Shown here: positions 12,101 through 23,795 of the stretch, in pieces
Layout: the number at the start of each line of letters is the position of its first letter
Position numbering within the stretch: position 1 is the stretch's first letter
Assembly: GCA_012295275.1 (NCBI GenBank)
Contig: CM022670.1
Span: 9,052,001 to 9,116,000, forward strand
DNA length: 64,000 nucleotides
Direction: 5' to 3'
From: Chrysomallon squamiferum
Lineage: Eukaryota > Animalia > Mollusca
Translations under genes and position numbers: made by a program
The notes under the pieces: model-generated
Databases searched by the model: none
What the model saw: only the letters and a program-made list of their open reading frames with translations
Told to the model about the DNA's origin: nothing

Positions 12101-15100
12101 CCTTCCACCAGGTTTCTTACAAGTTCTTCTGGCTCAACCTCCAGTCTGTTCAAAAACAGATTGACATTTAACCTCACATTCTGGCTCAGCAGTGGAACCT
12201 GAAATGCAAATTAAATAATATATTTCATTTTTCAAATTAAACTGATTTAATACTAATATTAACACTAATATTAAATATTAAATATTACTTTTACTACTAC
12301 TATTAATAATAATAATAAGGAATTTTTATTAATCTAATCAATAAATATGGTTATGGTGACTGAAAAGTTTGATGGTAAAAAAATTATTTTTAAAATATTC
12401 TAAAGAACAGTGAATTTTCTTATTTATATATATTTTCTGAATATATCAGTCCTCACTGAATTCGAAAAAAATATAATAAACATCCAAATTAAATTATTTT
12501 TGAAAAGGATGTCTTAAATGAAAAATACAGTCATTTACTATGTAGATTCATTTGAGGGGGTTTTTTTCTGTTGTAATGACTAAAATTAATAATTGTACCT
12601 CATCATAGTCTTCAAACACTCTGGTCTCATTGAACAGTGTTTCTAGAACTCTGAAGTCAGGCTGGACCCTAGGGATATTTTCTTGCTGTGACCAAATACT
12701 GTTTCCATTTGCTTCTTTAAAAAATACAAAAAAAAAAAAAAATTAAAATTAAAAATATTTAAGTCTGATTAATGATTAACTTAATCATTAAATCAGTTAA
12801 AATCATATTACTAAAAATGAAACTGATTAGAACATAATTACAAAACTATACTTTACTTTTTTCTTAATAAATAGATTATTAATATTATTAGCATAATTAG
12901 AGAACAAATAAAATACATATAAAGATCATAGTAACAAGTACATTTCCTTTTTCTGAAATTTTGTAAACAAATTAACAGTTTTAAAATAATTATAAATATT
13001 ATGAAGATAACTGAAATTTCAAGCTCCAAAATATATGTACAGAGAACTGATAAATAAAATTTCAAAGAATGCAATGAACATGTGCACATCTTTTAAAGCA
13101 CTGTACAAAGTATAACAGTATTTATATTGAATTATTTCAACATCAAAAGTCATGAAAACTGTAAAAACTTTTGCACCTTACCAACAATATTATCTTCCAG
13201 CTTAATCCACTTAACACTCTTCATGGGTTTTGTAGGCATGGGAACCCTTGTCCTTGGCGATGGGATTTCATCCCCAGAAACAGATTTCCCTTCAAATGCT
13301 TCCTTCATCTTAAGAATACTGTTAAAATGGTTCCAGCTTCGTTTGTAAGGCGTTAATGTATTTAAATTATTCAGTATCTTTGGTCCATTGGGGTTTATAT
13401 TGTCATAAGCTGTTGTGTTCGACTGAGAGGTTTTTTTAACTGTACTACCCAGTTTGTTCACAGAGGTGGACTTTGAAACTGCTTTCAACATGCTTTCTCT
13501 GGATGTGTTAATTTCATTAGTCACAACAGAGTCTATGTCTTCCGGTGTTGACTTCTCCAGGAAGGCACAAGTGTCATTGCTGTGAACAAGATAATGTACT
13601 TGGTTCTCTATTGTGTGCCAGAATGTAGTTCTAAAAAAGAAAGGGGGATAAAATACGAACATAAGAAACTGTTTTATCAAAATGGTATTAATGATCTTTA
13701 AATGGAGATGGTATGAAAATATTAACTCAGGTTGTAATGACTAAGAAAAAAACATAATAAAAAACTTAATAAATAATAAAATAAAATAAAGTAAAATAAA
13801 ACAAATGAAATGAAAGAAAAAGAAAAAGATTTGTCTGAATTACATCAACGTTCCAAATTTTGGGTTGCATCTCAAATATTCAACTAAATCCTTACTATAA
13901 GTCTGTAATAATAAAATAATAAGTACAATCTTACAAAAATATTTATTTTATTTATTTATAATTTGATTATGCTAGCAGAATTTTTAATGATTATATATGT
14001 GAATAATGATAATGTGGTCCAAATTCAAGATATCAAAATCTACATATGTGCAATATATATATATATATATATAGTTATTTAGATTATATAAATATGAACT
14101 TACCCTTTATTTGATACTTCTAAAGCCAACAAGTCTTGTAAAATATTCACAAAGGCGGCCATTTTTGGAGTACCAAATACCTGGGATAAATTAAGTGTTG
14201 CTTGTGTTATGACAAAATCCTTTATGATTTGAGATAATGAAAATTATTAATAAAAAAATAAGTTTAAAAAAAAAACTAAATCTATTTTTAGTAACAGAAA
14301 ATTAAAAATTAAAATAAAATACTTATATAAAATTACAAATGCAGGGCAAAGAACCAAAAATTAACAAAGAGTGTAAAAATTAACAAGCGTAACTTATGAA
14401 GAAGAGTTTGTAAAATAGATTGTGTCAATTTACTTTAGAAATTACTAGGATCTGAATAACAAAAAATATGAATTACTGGTCTGTGGGGATTAAAATAATA
14501 TCTTCTATATATAAGAAAATGAAGACAGTTTAAATGTTCACCTTCTCTTGTATTTTGTCAGTTAAATCTTGTGGACTACTCAGATCAACATTACACTTTG
14601 CTTCCATCTCCACCTCATCTTCGTGTTTCCGCTTGTAGAACGTCTGCAGATGAAAGACAATTAATTTTAAAACAACAAAATATGACTTTAAATAAGAAAG
14701 GTAATCGCTCTTTGTGTTATTTTTATCAACACTTGGAATTTGCTCTTTTCTGATCTCAATTAAATTAATTTGTAGTATACAATGTGGTGTGAGAATATGT
14801 GTTGATTAGCAGAAATCAATTTAAAAATGACTTAAAGATTAATATACAAAAAAATAATAATAATAAATAGGAATAGAAATTCAGTAAATAAACTTACCTC
14901 TAACTGTACATGCAAATCATCATCTTTCTCTTCTCGCTGTAGAAAACTTAAAACATCCAGAAGCTGCAAACCTGAAATGTGTAAACAAAGTGTAATTATC
15001 AAACATACAATTTGAAGCCTTCAACATTTAACACCAGGAATTCAATATGTTCTTAATTACATCTTTGGTGTCTGTAACTGGATCAACATTTGTGATGATT

Positions 15101-16754
15101 GTTTATTAATTTTAAAAGTTTACACATAAAATATTTTTATATACACACATGTACAAAAACCCTGTCCATAAAACAGCTAAAATCAGTATACAAAATAAAC
15201 AGATCTCATAAAACCTACCAATAAAAGCATTTCTGGAACGAGTTCTTTCAATGATGTTGTCACAACAGTTTATCAGACAGTTAATGAAGGTTAACATACA
15301 GGTCTTGTATGGGACAGTCTCTGCAGATTTCAACTCACTGATAATCACACTAAATTTATGACTCTGATTGGTTTCTCTCTGCAAATTAAATAAAAAAGTT
15401 TATATATGAAATATATATATATATAACAACCTGACAATGCAAGTACATACAAAGCATTAAGGACAGTATCAAACAATGAGGGGAAAAAAATCTCTTATCT
15501 TCTCCACATAAGTTATATGTACTCTTAATTATTTTTAATTTTCAGCATAACTGCAGTATAACAACAAAATGTGTTTCCAAAACTGCAAAAGCATATCAAT
15601 GATTTGTATCCATAATGTTTGGTGCCATATCGAAAATTAAGAATCTCAACAATAAATATATCTAAAAAAACCAAAATTATTTTCTCTCATCATTTATATG
15701 GATCGGAAATTATAAAAATTTTAAACTTCATAAGGATTTTATAATGAACAAGAAATAATAATAAAACTAATATTCTCTCACCTTGAAGAATTCCAGAGTC
15801 TCCATCACACGATCATAACCTTGAGAACTGAACACACAAACAGCAGACAATATCTCTATGACCTGTTTCTTTGGTAGGGTATTGCTAATGTCCAAAGCTA
15901 AAAAAGAAGAAATGGTTATAATGAATTTACTCATAACTACAAAATATTTATATATATATATGTATGTGTATTTTATTATGTAGGTTTAGTGATGTTATAC
16001 ACAATCAAATAATGCATAAACATGTCAGCAATTCAGAATAGCATGAAATCATACATTTATCTGATTGTTTTCAAATTTACAGTTCATGTTTAACAGCAAA
16101 AAGATATTTTGAAATGTGGCAAATAATAATAAATTTTTGCAAATGGAATTCAAATTATTTTAAATTAAAAATAATGATTTATACATATAAAATAGCTATT
16201 AAAAATGTTTACTAGGATGATAAATATAACCAAGAATGTCACATATCAGACATCATTAAAATGTTATCACCAATCTATTAGTATTACTGATAACTGTGGA
16301 TTTTGTTAAATCATATTAAGGTTGACTCTACAACATTAGAAACACTTCAAAGTTGCTAACACAAAGTTATTTCTCATCTGTCCTTACCTAATCCCAATTT
16401 CTTGGCACATTTGTCACTGTTTAGAAAATATTCCAATCCCACTCTAGTATTGAGAATAGTTCTTATGCACGATATACAGTCCAGCTGGAGAATGGCATCT
16501 GAGAAACTCGTGAAAGTTTTTACACTCATTTGATGCAATGATTCCAACAAACTGCTGAGTCCGTCCAGTGAAATGAATTCTTGCAGCCATGTTTCATCAC
16601 TCTGTTCCAGTTTTGAGTGTAGAGCGTAATACACCTGGACGGATGGACTGTGTGCAACCATAACACACTGCTGAGGATTGCAGCCTTCCAAGTGTAGCTC
16701 TAGTTGTTCTGATGTTATTGTTTTGTCTTCTTCCATCAAAGCTCGGCGTAACAT
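7249..16754 (-). CDS. INF2: Inverted formin-2-like protein (DID + FH2 + DAD-like, no FH1); 16 coding exons, about 927 aa or 1102-1122 aa depending on the last junction
   Basis: Manual splicing: join of 16388-16754, 15782-15897, 15219-15378, 14898-14971, 14542-14643, 14104-14180, 13182-13630, 12599-12714, 12034-12198, 11213-11470, 10628-10806, 10195-10315, 9786-9950, 9491-9599, 8731(or 8810)-9055, 7249-7853(or 7834). All introns are GT-AG. INF2-type DID motifs (WLQEFISLDGL, LQLDCISCIRTILN, KKQVIEILSAVC) and FH2 motifs (MKSVKW, SIW, GNFLN-GHYNGNAAGYKL, TLIHY). The symbol denotes family, not proven orthology. Confidence 0.88.
8731..9055 (-). CDS. INF2: INF2-like coding exon 15 (DAD-like helix + Ser/Pro-rich tail); 3' boundary ambiguous (8731 or 8810)
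   Basis: ctaacag|AA; KILEKIINDLRHGNFK resembles the DAD core; candidate donors TG|gtaatt (8731) and CGAA|gtgagg (8810). Confidence 0.8.
9491..9599 (-). CDS. INF2: INF2-like coding exon 14 (post-FH2 helix)
   Basis: ttacag|GAA...GCTA|gtaagt; ENILFQKQRHLARRRSDQFQQQIRLK. Confidence 0.85.
9786..9950 (-). CDS. INF2: INF2-like coding exon 13 (FH2 C-terminal helices)
   Basis: tatcag|GAT...AAG|gtattt; DVKSDF...MAQYFCE...FNLQKCLQTILDFCKELKKCRK. Confidence 0.9.
10195..10315 (-). CDS. INF2: INF2-like coding exon 12 (FH2)
   Basis: tttag|T...GAG|gtagga; SVSPEDIKLDVTKMNLQMKQFV...FFME. Confidence 0.88.
10628..10806 (-). CDS. INF2: INF2-like coding exon 11 (FH2 post)
   Basis: tttcag|GGT...AG|gtactg; GHYNGNAAGYKLTSLERLSEVKSAMINQTLIHYIV...LEKAA. 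Confidence 0.92.
11213..11470 (-). CDS. INF2: INF2-like coding exon 10 (FH2)
   Basis: tgtcag|ATT...CAT|gtaagt; LGLGEQFLLHLSDVPDY...LREILHFVLKIGNFLNH. Confidence 0.92.
12034..12198 (-). CDS. INF2: INF2-like coding exon 9 (FH2 knob)
   Basis: tttcag|GTT...GAG|gtaagt; VPLLSQNVRLNVNLFLNRLE...LKYLNKILPDHDE. Confidence 0.9.
12599..12714 (-). CDS. INF2: INF2-like coding exon 8 (FH2 lasso/linker)
   Basis: tttaaag|AA...GAG|gtacaa; EANGNSIWSQQENIPRVQPDFRVLETLFNE; tandem AAGAAG acceptor, alternative boundary 12711. Confidence 0.85.
13182..13630 (-). CDS. INF2: INF2-like coding exon 7 (end of dimerisation segment, Ser/Thr/Asn-rich linker, start of FH2 lasso)
   Basis: ttttag|A...GTTG|gtaagg; TTFWHTIE...PTKPMKSVKWIKL; 449 nt, phase 2 in and phase 1 out, matching its neighbours. 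Confidence 0.88.
14104..14180 (-). CDS. INF2: INF2-like coding exon 6 (dimerisation segment)
   Basis: cccag|GTA...GG|gtaagt; VFGTPKMAAFVNILQDLLALEVSNKG. Confidence 0.85.
14542..14643 (-). CDS. INF2: INF2-like coding exon 5
   Basis: ctgcag|ACG...AAG|gtgaac; TFYKRKHEDEVEMEAKCNVDLSSPQDLTDKIQEK. Confidence 0.85.
14898..14971 (-). CDS. INF2: INF2-like coding exon 4
   Basis: tttcag|GT...GAG|gtaagt; GLQLLDVLSFLQREEKDDDLHVQLE. Confidence 0.88.
15219..15378 (-). CDS. INF2: INF2-like coding exon 3 (DID)
   Basis: ttgcag|AGA...ATTG|gtaggt; RETNQSHKFSVIISELKSAETVPYKTCMLTFINCLI...RTRSRNAFIG. Confidence 0.9.
15782..15897 (-). CDS. INF2: INF2-like coding exon 2 (DID)
   Basis: tttttag|CT...AAG|gtgaga; ALDISNTLPKKQVIEILSAVCVFSSQGYDRVMETLEFFK; not in the ORF track. 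Confidence 0.9.
16388..16754 (-). CDS. INF2: INF2-like coding exon 1 (start; DID N-terminal part). Exon acceptor at 16786
   Basis: CAAAATG start context; MLRRAL...SDETWLQEFISLDGLSSLLESL...LQLDCISCIRTILNTRVGLEY; donor TTAG|GTAAGG (phase 1); upstream acceptor ttcacag|ATACC. Confidence 0.88.
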
Positions 16755-17099
16755 TTTGATGTTGTATGAGTTGTGCAGTGAGGTATCTGTGAATGAAAAG
16801 AACTTTAATAACAGTAATTAAATTAAACAGCAGAATTATTATAATTATTTATTAGTTTGTTTGTTTCAGTTTCCTTTTGTCTTTTTCTTAATTTATATAT
16901 TTTAAATAACAACTGCAGAATAAAATCCATAATCCTATCATCATTTATTTCATCACACACACATTAAAAAAAAATTAAATTAAACAAATAAATTTTTTTT
17001 TTTATCAGAACTTGAGAAGGTATTTTTATGAATAATCAAAATTTTTTTGTGTGTGTGTGTGTGTTTTTATATTAACGATGTACGTCGTTGGTAAGTTAA

Positions 17100-18246
17100 T
17101 AACATAATTATAGTGCTTTCTTATGCAGTGGTAATTTCCATCTAAAACCAAACAGAATCACCGTGATATAACCGCATACCCATAGTCGTTTTCAGGTTTT
17201 TTAAAGTTACCTGTAAAATTTGTAATTATCAACACTAACAACAGTATCCTCAAATCTGAATCAGCAGGATATGGTCACACAATTTACAGGTTTCCTCTTG
17301 TTAGCTTCGATGCAACAGAAATAATTTTGTGGAACACATGCATAAATCCGTGCGGTTTTAGTCCACCAATAACATGTTTGTACAACATTTAAACATCCCG
17401 CTGCTATACACCTTGCGTCTCAATCGATCTTAAAAGCAACCTATCGTCTGCGTTGTTTTTCAACCGGCCCGTTTAACTTCCTACTGTTTTGAGATGTGAC
17501 TCATACACGAGGTAAAGTTCATGGTTGTTAGTGTTTTTTATCTTTCAAAAATGGCGCCACTTCTTGCAGCATATATAAATGCATAACTAAAGTATCTAAG
17601 ACAACAAACTATATAATTTACGATTGAGTCACATTTGTTACTCGTTTTATAAATAGTAACATAGTTCAGTATTCTGCACTGTTTTGTATTACGGATTACG
17701 ACAATGCCTAACCCGAGGCAGCTTTTAACTGACAGGTGTCTACTGATAGATGTCAAAGATCAACCAACGCACGGTCGGAGTCCAGTCAATTTGACTGGTG
17801 CTTTTATACAATAAATAAAAGAAGATAACAACAAGAAAGTTGTTTTAGTTAGTTTATTACAAAAATAAAAAAAAAATAAAAAAAAAAATAAAAAAAAAAT
17901 AGTATTAGATAAAAAAAATAATAATAATAAAAAATGAAAGACACGGAGAAAAATGTAGAAGAAACTGATTCCTGTTTTGACAGCAGACGACATAATTATG
18001 AATGGATAAAAAAAAAAAACAGTGTAAAATTCTGCTGTTGTATGAAACTTGCGAGCCTAAACATTTACAGTAAAATTAAATGTGTGTGTATATGTATATA
18101 ATATATATATATATAAATTAATACAATGAATTCATACGAAACATCTTAACTTCACTGAAGTCGGAGCAAAATGCTGAGTCAACTTTCTGCAAACAAGGGT
18201 AATTATACCTAGACTGCAAGATTACCGAATTGCCAACGAAATACAA

Positions 18247-18278
<32 letters not shown>

Positions 18279-18820
18279 TATTAATAATTGTAATAATAAA
18301 AAGAATTTATATAAAATTAATTAAAATTTTATAAAATATATAATAATAATAATAAAATAATTAAGTGTACATGAATCTTAATTTTATTTATTTATTTATT
18401 TATTTCTTCTTCGTTCTCGATTCTTTAAAAAGAGCAATACAAAAACAATGATCAATGGATTTGGAAAAAGTAACCTCTTTCTAATTTGTTACGTCACAGA
18501 GACAGTGTAAATTGAGCTCAGCGGGAATTCACGCATCACTTGCTGGGACTGACTTCGATTTATGATAATGTAATGTACGTTTCCTCTGAACAAATCTTGC
18601 TAATGCCCCGCAGCGTCACAGGTCATACAACAAGTTCTGTTCACTTTGTTTGTATTTAAATGGTAAGCCTCTCAATCCACCTGCCAGCATGGATGTTGAC
18701 AGGTTTAGTTTGGTCTATAATTAACGCCATATAAAAAGACCGCCAATTTAAGCGTATTTTTGGTAGCTGATTAACACTTGTGAAAACAATTAATAAAAAC
18801 TGCGAACGTTTGTTTATTTG
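17100..18820. promoter_or_regulatory. CpG-retaining promoter region, probably bidirectional
   Basis: Many CG dinucleotides compared with the depleted flanks (by eye); YY1-type AAAATGGCG at ~17548-17557; TTACGTCA (CRE/ATF-like) at ~18489; GGGAATTCAC (kB-like) at ~18523; lies directly 5' of the formin. Confidence 0.55.
17211..17450 (-). other. Candidate non-coding first (5' UTR) exon of the formin gene; 5' end approximate
   Basis: Donor CAG|GTAACT at 17211/17210 in a CpG-retaining region; no in-frame ATG back to an upstream TGA; would splice to the acceptor at 16786. Confidence 0.45.
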
Positions 18821-18856
18821 ATCTATGTTAAGTTAATTTAATTTAATTTAATTTAA

Positions 18857-18910
<54 letters not shown>

Positions 18911-20456
18911 GTTCAGATATTATTAATTTGCATAAAATATGTGATACTGTTATTTAATAAAATCATAAACCTTCCACGCCAAAAATTGCTATATATGTAT
19001 TTTAAACGGCAGCATTTAATAATATTTTTTTTTTTTTTTTTTTAACCTTATATTAAGTTATTTTTAAGGATTATTTATTTATTTATTTTTTTTTTTTTTT
19101 TTTTTTTTTTTATTATTATTATTTTTTTTTTTTTTTTGCTATCTCTCATACAAAACAAATTATTTCAGATATTTTTACAATTCTACATTACTCTATGAAG
19201 AGCTGTTGAAATTTATTTTATTGTTGATCATTCTAAAAATATAAAACTAATATTTAACAATAAATAATAACAGTAGATTTTAAATATCAAAATACAGCTT
19301 TGTGCAAATAGTAATCACTGAAGAAATTTTGCCAACACATTTTAAAATTAGTCATTAACAAACTTTATAAAAATCTAATTTAACAAATTACAAATAAAAA
19401 ATATATATATATAAAAAAAAATACACATTAATCTGTTTATATTAAAAATGCAAACAATTTTATGATCAGTTAAAATGATCTATTAAAAACAACTTAAAAT
19501 CCATCTAAACTAACTTTACTTTAATATTCTCAATTTGCATTACTCACTTTTTGTTAATATTCTACATTAGATAATTTACATTTTTGTCGGTTAATTATCA
19601 AATTCTAGTTTGTAAAACAAACCTGAAAAAAGCATCTTGGTTCCTTGACTTGTCTTTCACATAAATACTTCAGATACATCCAAATAATGTGATGAAGAGA
19701 GGACCAGCTTGTCAAGTGATACACAGCAAGCTTTTAATGTAAGTGAAGAAAATAGTTCTTCTAACAACTTATACTATGGTTTGTATAGATTGCACACTTA
19801 ATTTACCTTATTCTTGAGTGCATTTGGATGCTTTATAGTAACAGGTGTTAATGTACAGAGTACACCTCCAGGTGTCTGAGAATTGTTCTTTCAATTACAG
19901 GTAAGTGTGCATAATGTGAACAGAAGCTGTGGGTCCAGAATGGTTAAATCCAGTAATTAATGCGACCCTGTGTAACAGAGGTGGGTAGATTGTTTTGTTC
20001 TTTTTTTTATAACAAAGAGTCAAAGGTGACAAATTAAGCTGCATCAAAAAACTGTCACTTACTGGAATGAAGTTGTAATAAAGATCAAGATAAACAAAGA
20101 ATGAATGCTGTTCAGAAAATCTTTTTTGTGTTGTTTTTTTTAACTTTGTGTTTAAAACACTTTAAACAAATAATGTCATTAGAAAAAGATAAATTATAAC
20201 TGTTACTTGGTAAAATAGTTATTGATATTCCAGATGTTTATTTTGTATATTTAAAGATATTTGCTGTTCTGTCCTTTTTCTTTATCTTTTCAGATACTTT
20301 AATATTAATCAATCCCATGTTTTATTATCGCTTTGTTTTTGTCCAGTTTCCATTTAGGAAATTGCTATTTATTAAAAACATTTACTTATATGAGTATTTT
20401 TGTTGTTAATGCTCTAATCATAATTTGTCTTAATTATGTTTAATATTTTATTTACA

Positions 20457-20491
<35 letters not shown>

Positions 20492-21494
20492 TTTAGTTAC
20501 CAAGACATGCTTTTTCTTAATTAAATGCATATTTTATACAAACATAAATTACAGTTTTTGAAAAGTTAATAAAAATCTTATATATTGGCAAAATATTTTC
20601 ACTAATTGTAAACAGTTTCCTTAGTCTTTTTGAATTTTAAAAATAAAATTTAGTTTCATTTATCCAATTTCTAAAATGACAACAGACCCAAGATAAGAAA
20701 AAACAAATGATATTACTTAATAGTCATATACAAATGTATTTTTTCTAAAAATGTACATTTACAAAATGATTACAAAGGCTGTGTCTGTTTAAAATTAAAT
20801 TTTAAATGTTCTCTATTGAAAAATAAGAAAAGAAAAAGAAATGTGTTATAATTATGGCCACAGCTGTATTTATATATTAGTTATATCTAAATTTTTATTC
20901 AGTTTTTCATTGTTCATTAACTGTTTTAATGTCGGATAATTTTTAACATATTCTGATATAACAACTTCTAGTTCCATGGCTTAATAATTTATTCAGTAGC
21001 AATAACAATTTTATTTGCTCAGATTAACATGGATATCACATGTCTGTTTTGCTGTATGAAGTAAAAAAGAGTTATTTCCTGTATGTATGGCTGAACTGAC
21101 TAGGGATGTTATAATATTTACCAGAATCTGGATAATGGTTTAGTGTTACTTCAGTTAAAAGCAGGACAATGATTTGAAAATACATTATCCATTTGCAGAC
21201 TAATTCATACACAGACTCACACACAAATGTATGCTCACTTGTTTGTGTCAGTACATTTCAAAATACTCAAGTATAAATATTTGCTTTTGTTATCATCACA
21301 TTATGGTTTCAGCAGTTTATTTTGAGAAGAGCTGACATTGTGTTTTATATCTTGCTTTTTTGGATGAGAATAGAAAATGGTTTACTGAGACTTAAAGTAT
21401 TTAGCAATCTTTTATTTCATGTAATTGTCTCAATATTTATTTTTATCTTGAAACAGTCAAACAAATCGAGGATACAGTTACAAGTGTTGCTAGT

Positions 21495-21652
21495 GCATGG
21501 CTTGGGCTCAGTGGTTAAATCACATGGTTAAGATGCAGTAGGCAGCAGGATCACTCCTTGATGTCTCCACTGGTCCATTTCTCATTCTAACTGGTTCTCC
21601 AAAACTGGTTTATCAAAGGTTATGGTATGTGTTTTCCTGTTTGTGGGAAGTA
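21495..21652 (+). mobile_element. SINE 5' half (tRNA-like head + core)
   Basis: A-box-like gctcagtggttaa, decayed B-box ggatcactcc, core actggtttatcaaaggttatggtatgtgttttcctgtttgtggga. Confidence 0.65.
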
Positions 21653-23724
21653 TTGGGTTGAAACAAAAGTTCATAGTGTTTTTCCAACAGGTGGCATTCG
21701 AGCACATGATCTCATTTCATATGTGATTGCAATATATATATATATATATATATAAACATTTTCTGAAATGTGAACAAAATAGCACTTATGTGGTTGAAAA
21801 AATCTATGTACAAATTTCTAAATATATGAATTTCACTGTTAACTTTTATTCCAACCCATAAAGTCCCATTTCTGCTTACTGAAAGAGTGTAGATCATTAT
21901 GTGGCAATAATAGATTTCCTCTTTGTTACTGTATGAAGCCTGATAGCCCTTTTTTAAAATATACTGTGTGCAGTTTTAAAAAGAAATATTTCTTTCTAGA
22001 ACAGAATTAATCTGTTATGGACAGAGATGACAATAATGCAGGCTATGTATATGTGCTGTTCTCTCTACATACCACCTGTAATTCCATTAATGTATTAACC
22101 TTGACCAAAGGAGCTTAAACCTGGTGTCAGAATCATTGTGCTACTGATGTCATTCTAAACCAGATTGATTTTTTATAGTCGGAAACTGGTTTATAACACT
22201 GTAATGACTCACAATTGGTGTATCAGTGGAGCGTGAAAAACACATTTTTTTTCTTCTTTTTTTTTCTTTTCTTTTTTCTTTTTCTTTTTTGTATTATTTT
22301 TCTTTCTTTTTCTCTTTTCTTTATTTCTTTATTTATTATTGTTTTTTGGTTTGTTTGCTTATTTTGGTTAGAGCATTTTATTATTTTTTATTTATTATTA
22401 TTATTTTTCTTTTTATGGTGGTTTGTATTGTTTCAAAATTTGTTGTTCGTTTACTTCTTCTTTTATTCATTCATTTTCTTCCGATTATTTAATTCAATAT
22501 ATTTAAAATAAAAAATAATACTGTGACCTTTATTTACCAGAAACATTACAACACTAGATACTTGCATGAAAATATCTTTATACTGAACACTCAGTTAGCC
22601 AGACACTGTCCAACTGTTTAAAAGAAATAGAAAACACCAAAATGTCTCAAGCAGTGCTACTTTTCTCATTTCTTAAGGATGAAGTGTTAAATGGTTGCCT
22701 GGGAAATGTAACTGGAAGAAGAAAAATCAATTATTTACTGAACTGACTGTATGAATAATTGTCTATTTTCAATTGGGTGTTAGGTTTAATTGCTCTGAAT
22801 ATTTCTAATTGAATTGCCATTGATTAGTTCTAGTGCATTTTTCTACTTTTAAAATGACTTTTTTATGTCGTGATGGATTTTTTTCTGTTTATATTTTAGA
22901 GCATTGATATTTTGGAGAGGCTGGAAGTGATGTATTTAATCATAAAAACAGTTTAAAAAGCAAAAGTAATTTTTAAAAATCTATGAAATTTAAAAATAAA
23001 CAAAATTAGTGTAAATAATAATGTTTGCATGACAATTGGTTCTTGTGTTACAAGCATGTTAATTTTATGTGTAAATAATTCATTTGAATTACTAAATGAT
23101 GTACATGATACTGACGTAGCTGGAAATACACGTAACTGATGATTATTGATTTGGAAAGAATCAAAAAGATTATATTTCTGTTTATAAAATCTCTTCATTA
23201 CATTTCCTTTTATTAGAATTTATTCACCATTTTATAATTATCATTTATTTATTTTATTTTACTTTTAAAGTATTTTGAAACTGAGCATCATATATGGTAT
23301 ATTTTTCTTTCTAGATCTTGCACGTCTATAATCAGAAACAATAAATTAATTACCTGACCATGTAAGTTAGTTGAAGAAAATAAAATCTGTGTGTATGTAC
23401 AATACCTCTGGGTAGATGCCAGCATCTTGTGTCTGCGCTGTATTATTTTTTTCAATAAGGTTGTCTAGACAGGCAAGTAGTTTCTGATTATCTTAATTTT
23501 CCTTTATAGATTTTTCTCAGACAGTTCCCTCTTGAGTCCGATCCTGCTGTAGGTCAGTCGATCACTTGCTTGTTCCAATCAATTATCTATTATTTACCAA
23601 CTACATAGATTTCAGCACAAGGGAGTGTCTTCTGCTTGTTCAGAAGTTTTGTTTAAAACTGTGTGGGTTTTTGTTTTTGTCATTTCTGCTGCTAATGATG
23701 ATGATATTGTTGTTACTGTTGTTG

Positions 23725-23727
<3 letters not shown>

Positions 23728-23792
<65 letters not shown>
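23728..23792. repeat. (ATT)n microsatellite, preceded by (GTT)n
   Basis: Direct reading. Confidence 0.95.

Positions 23793-23795
<3 letters not shown>

Noticed and set aside
13127-14753. Plus-strand ORFs 13127-13348, 13171-13356 and 14571-14753
   Set aside because: Antisense shadows of formin exons.
7249-16754. Formin as a pseudogene
   Set aside because: Fifteen consecutive exons are stop-free with canonical sites and matching phases; only the last junction is ambiguous, and it has in-frame solutions.
16755-17280. Possible N-terminal extension of the formin, since the frame is open to the acceptor at 16786
   Set aside because: The candidate upstream exon has an in-frame TGA and no ATG after it; ATG 16754 has a good CAAAATG context. 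A different upstream exon cannot be fully excluded.
21495-21570. Possible tRNA gene
   Set aside because: A-box only, decayed B-box, no cloverleaf; it continues into SINE core.
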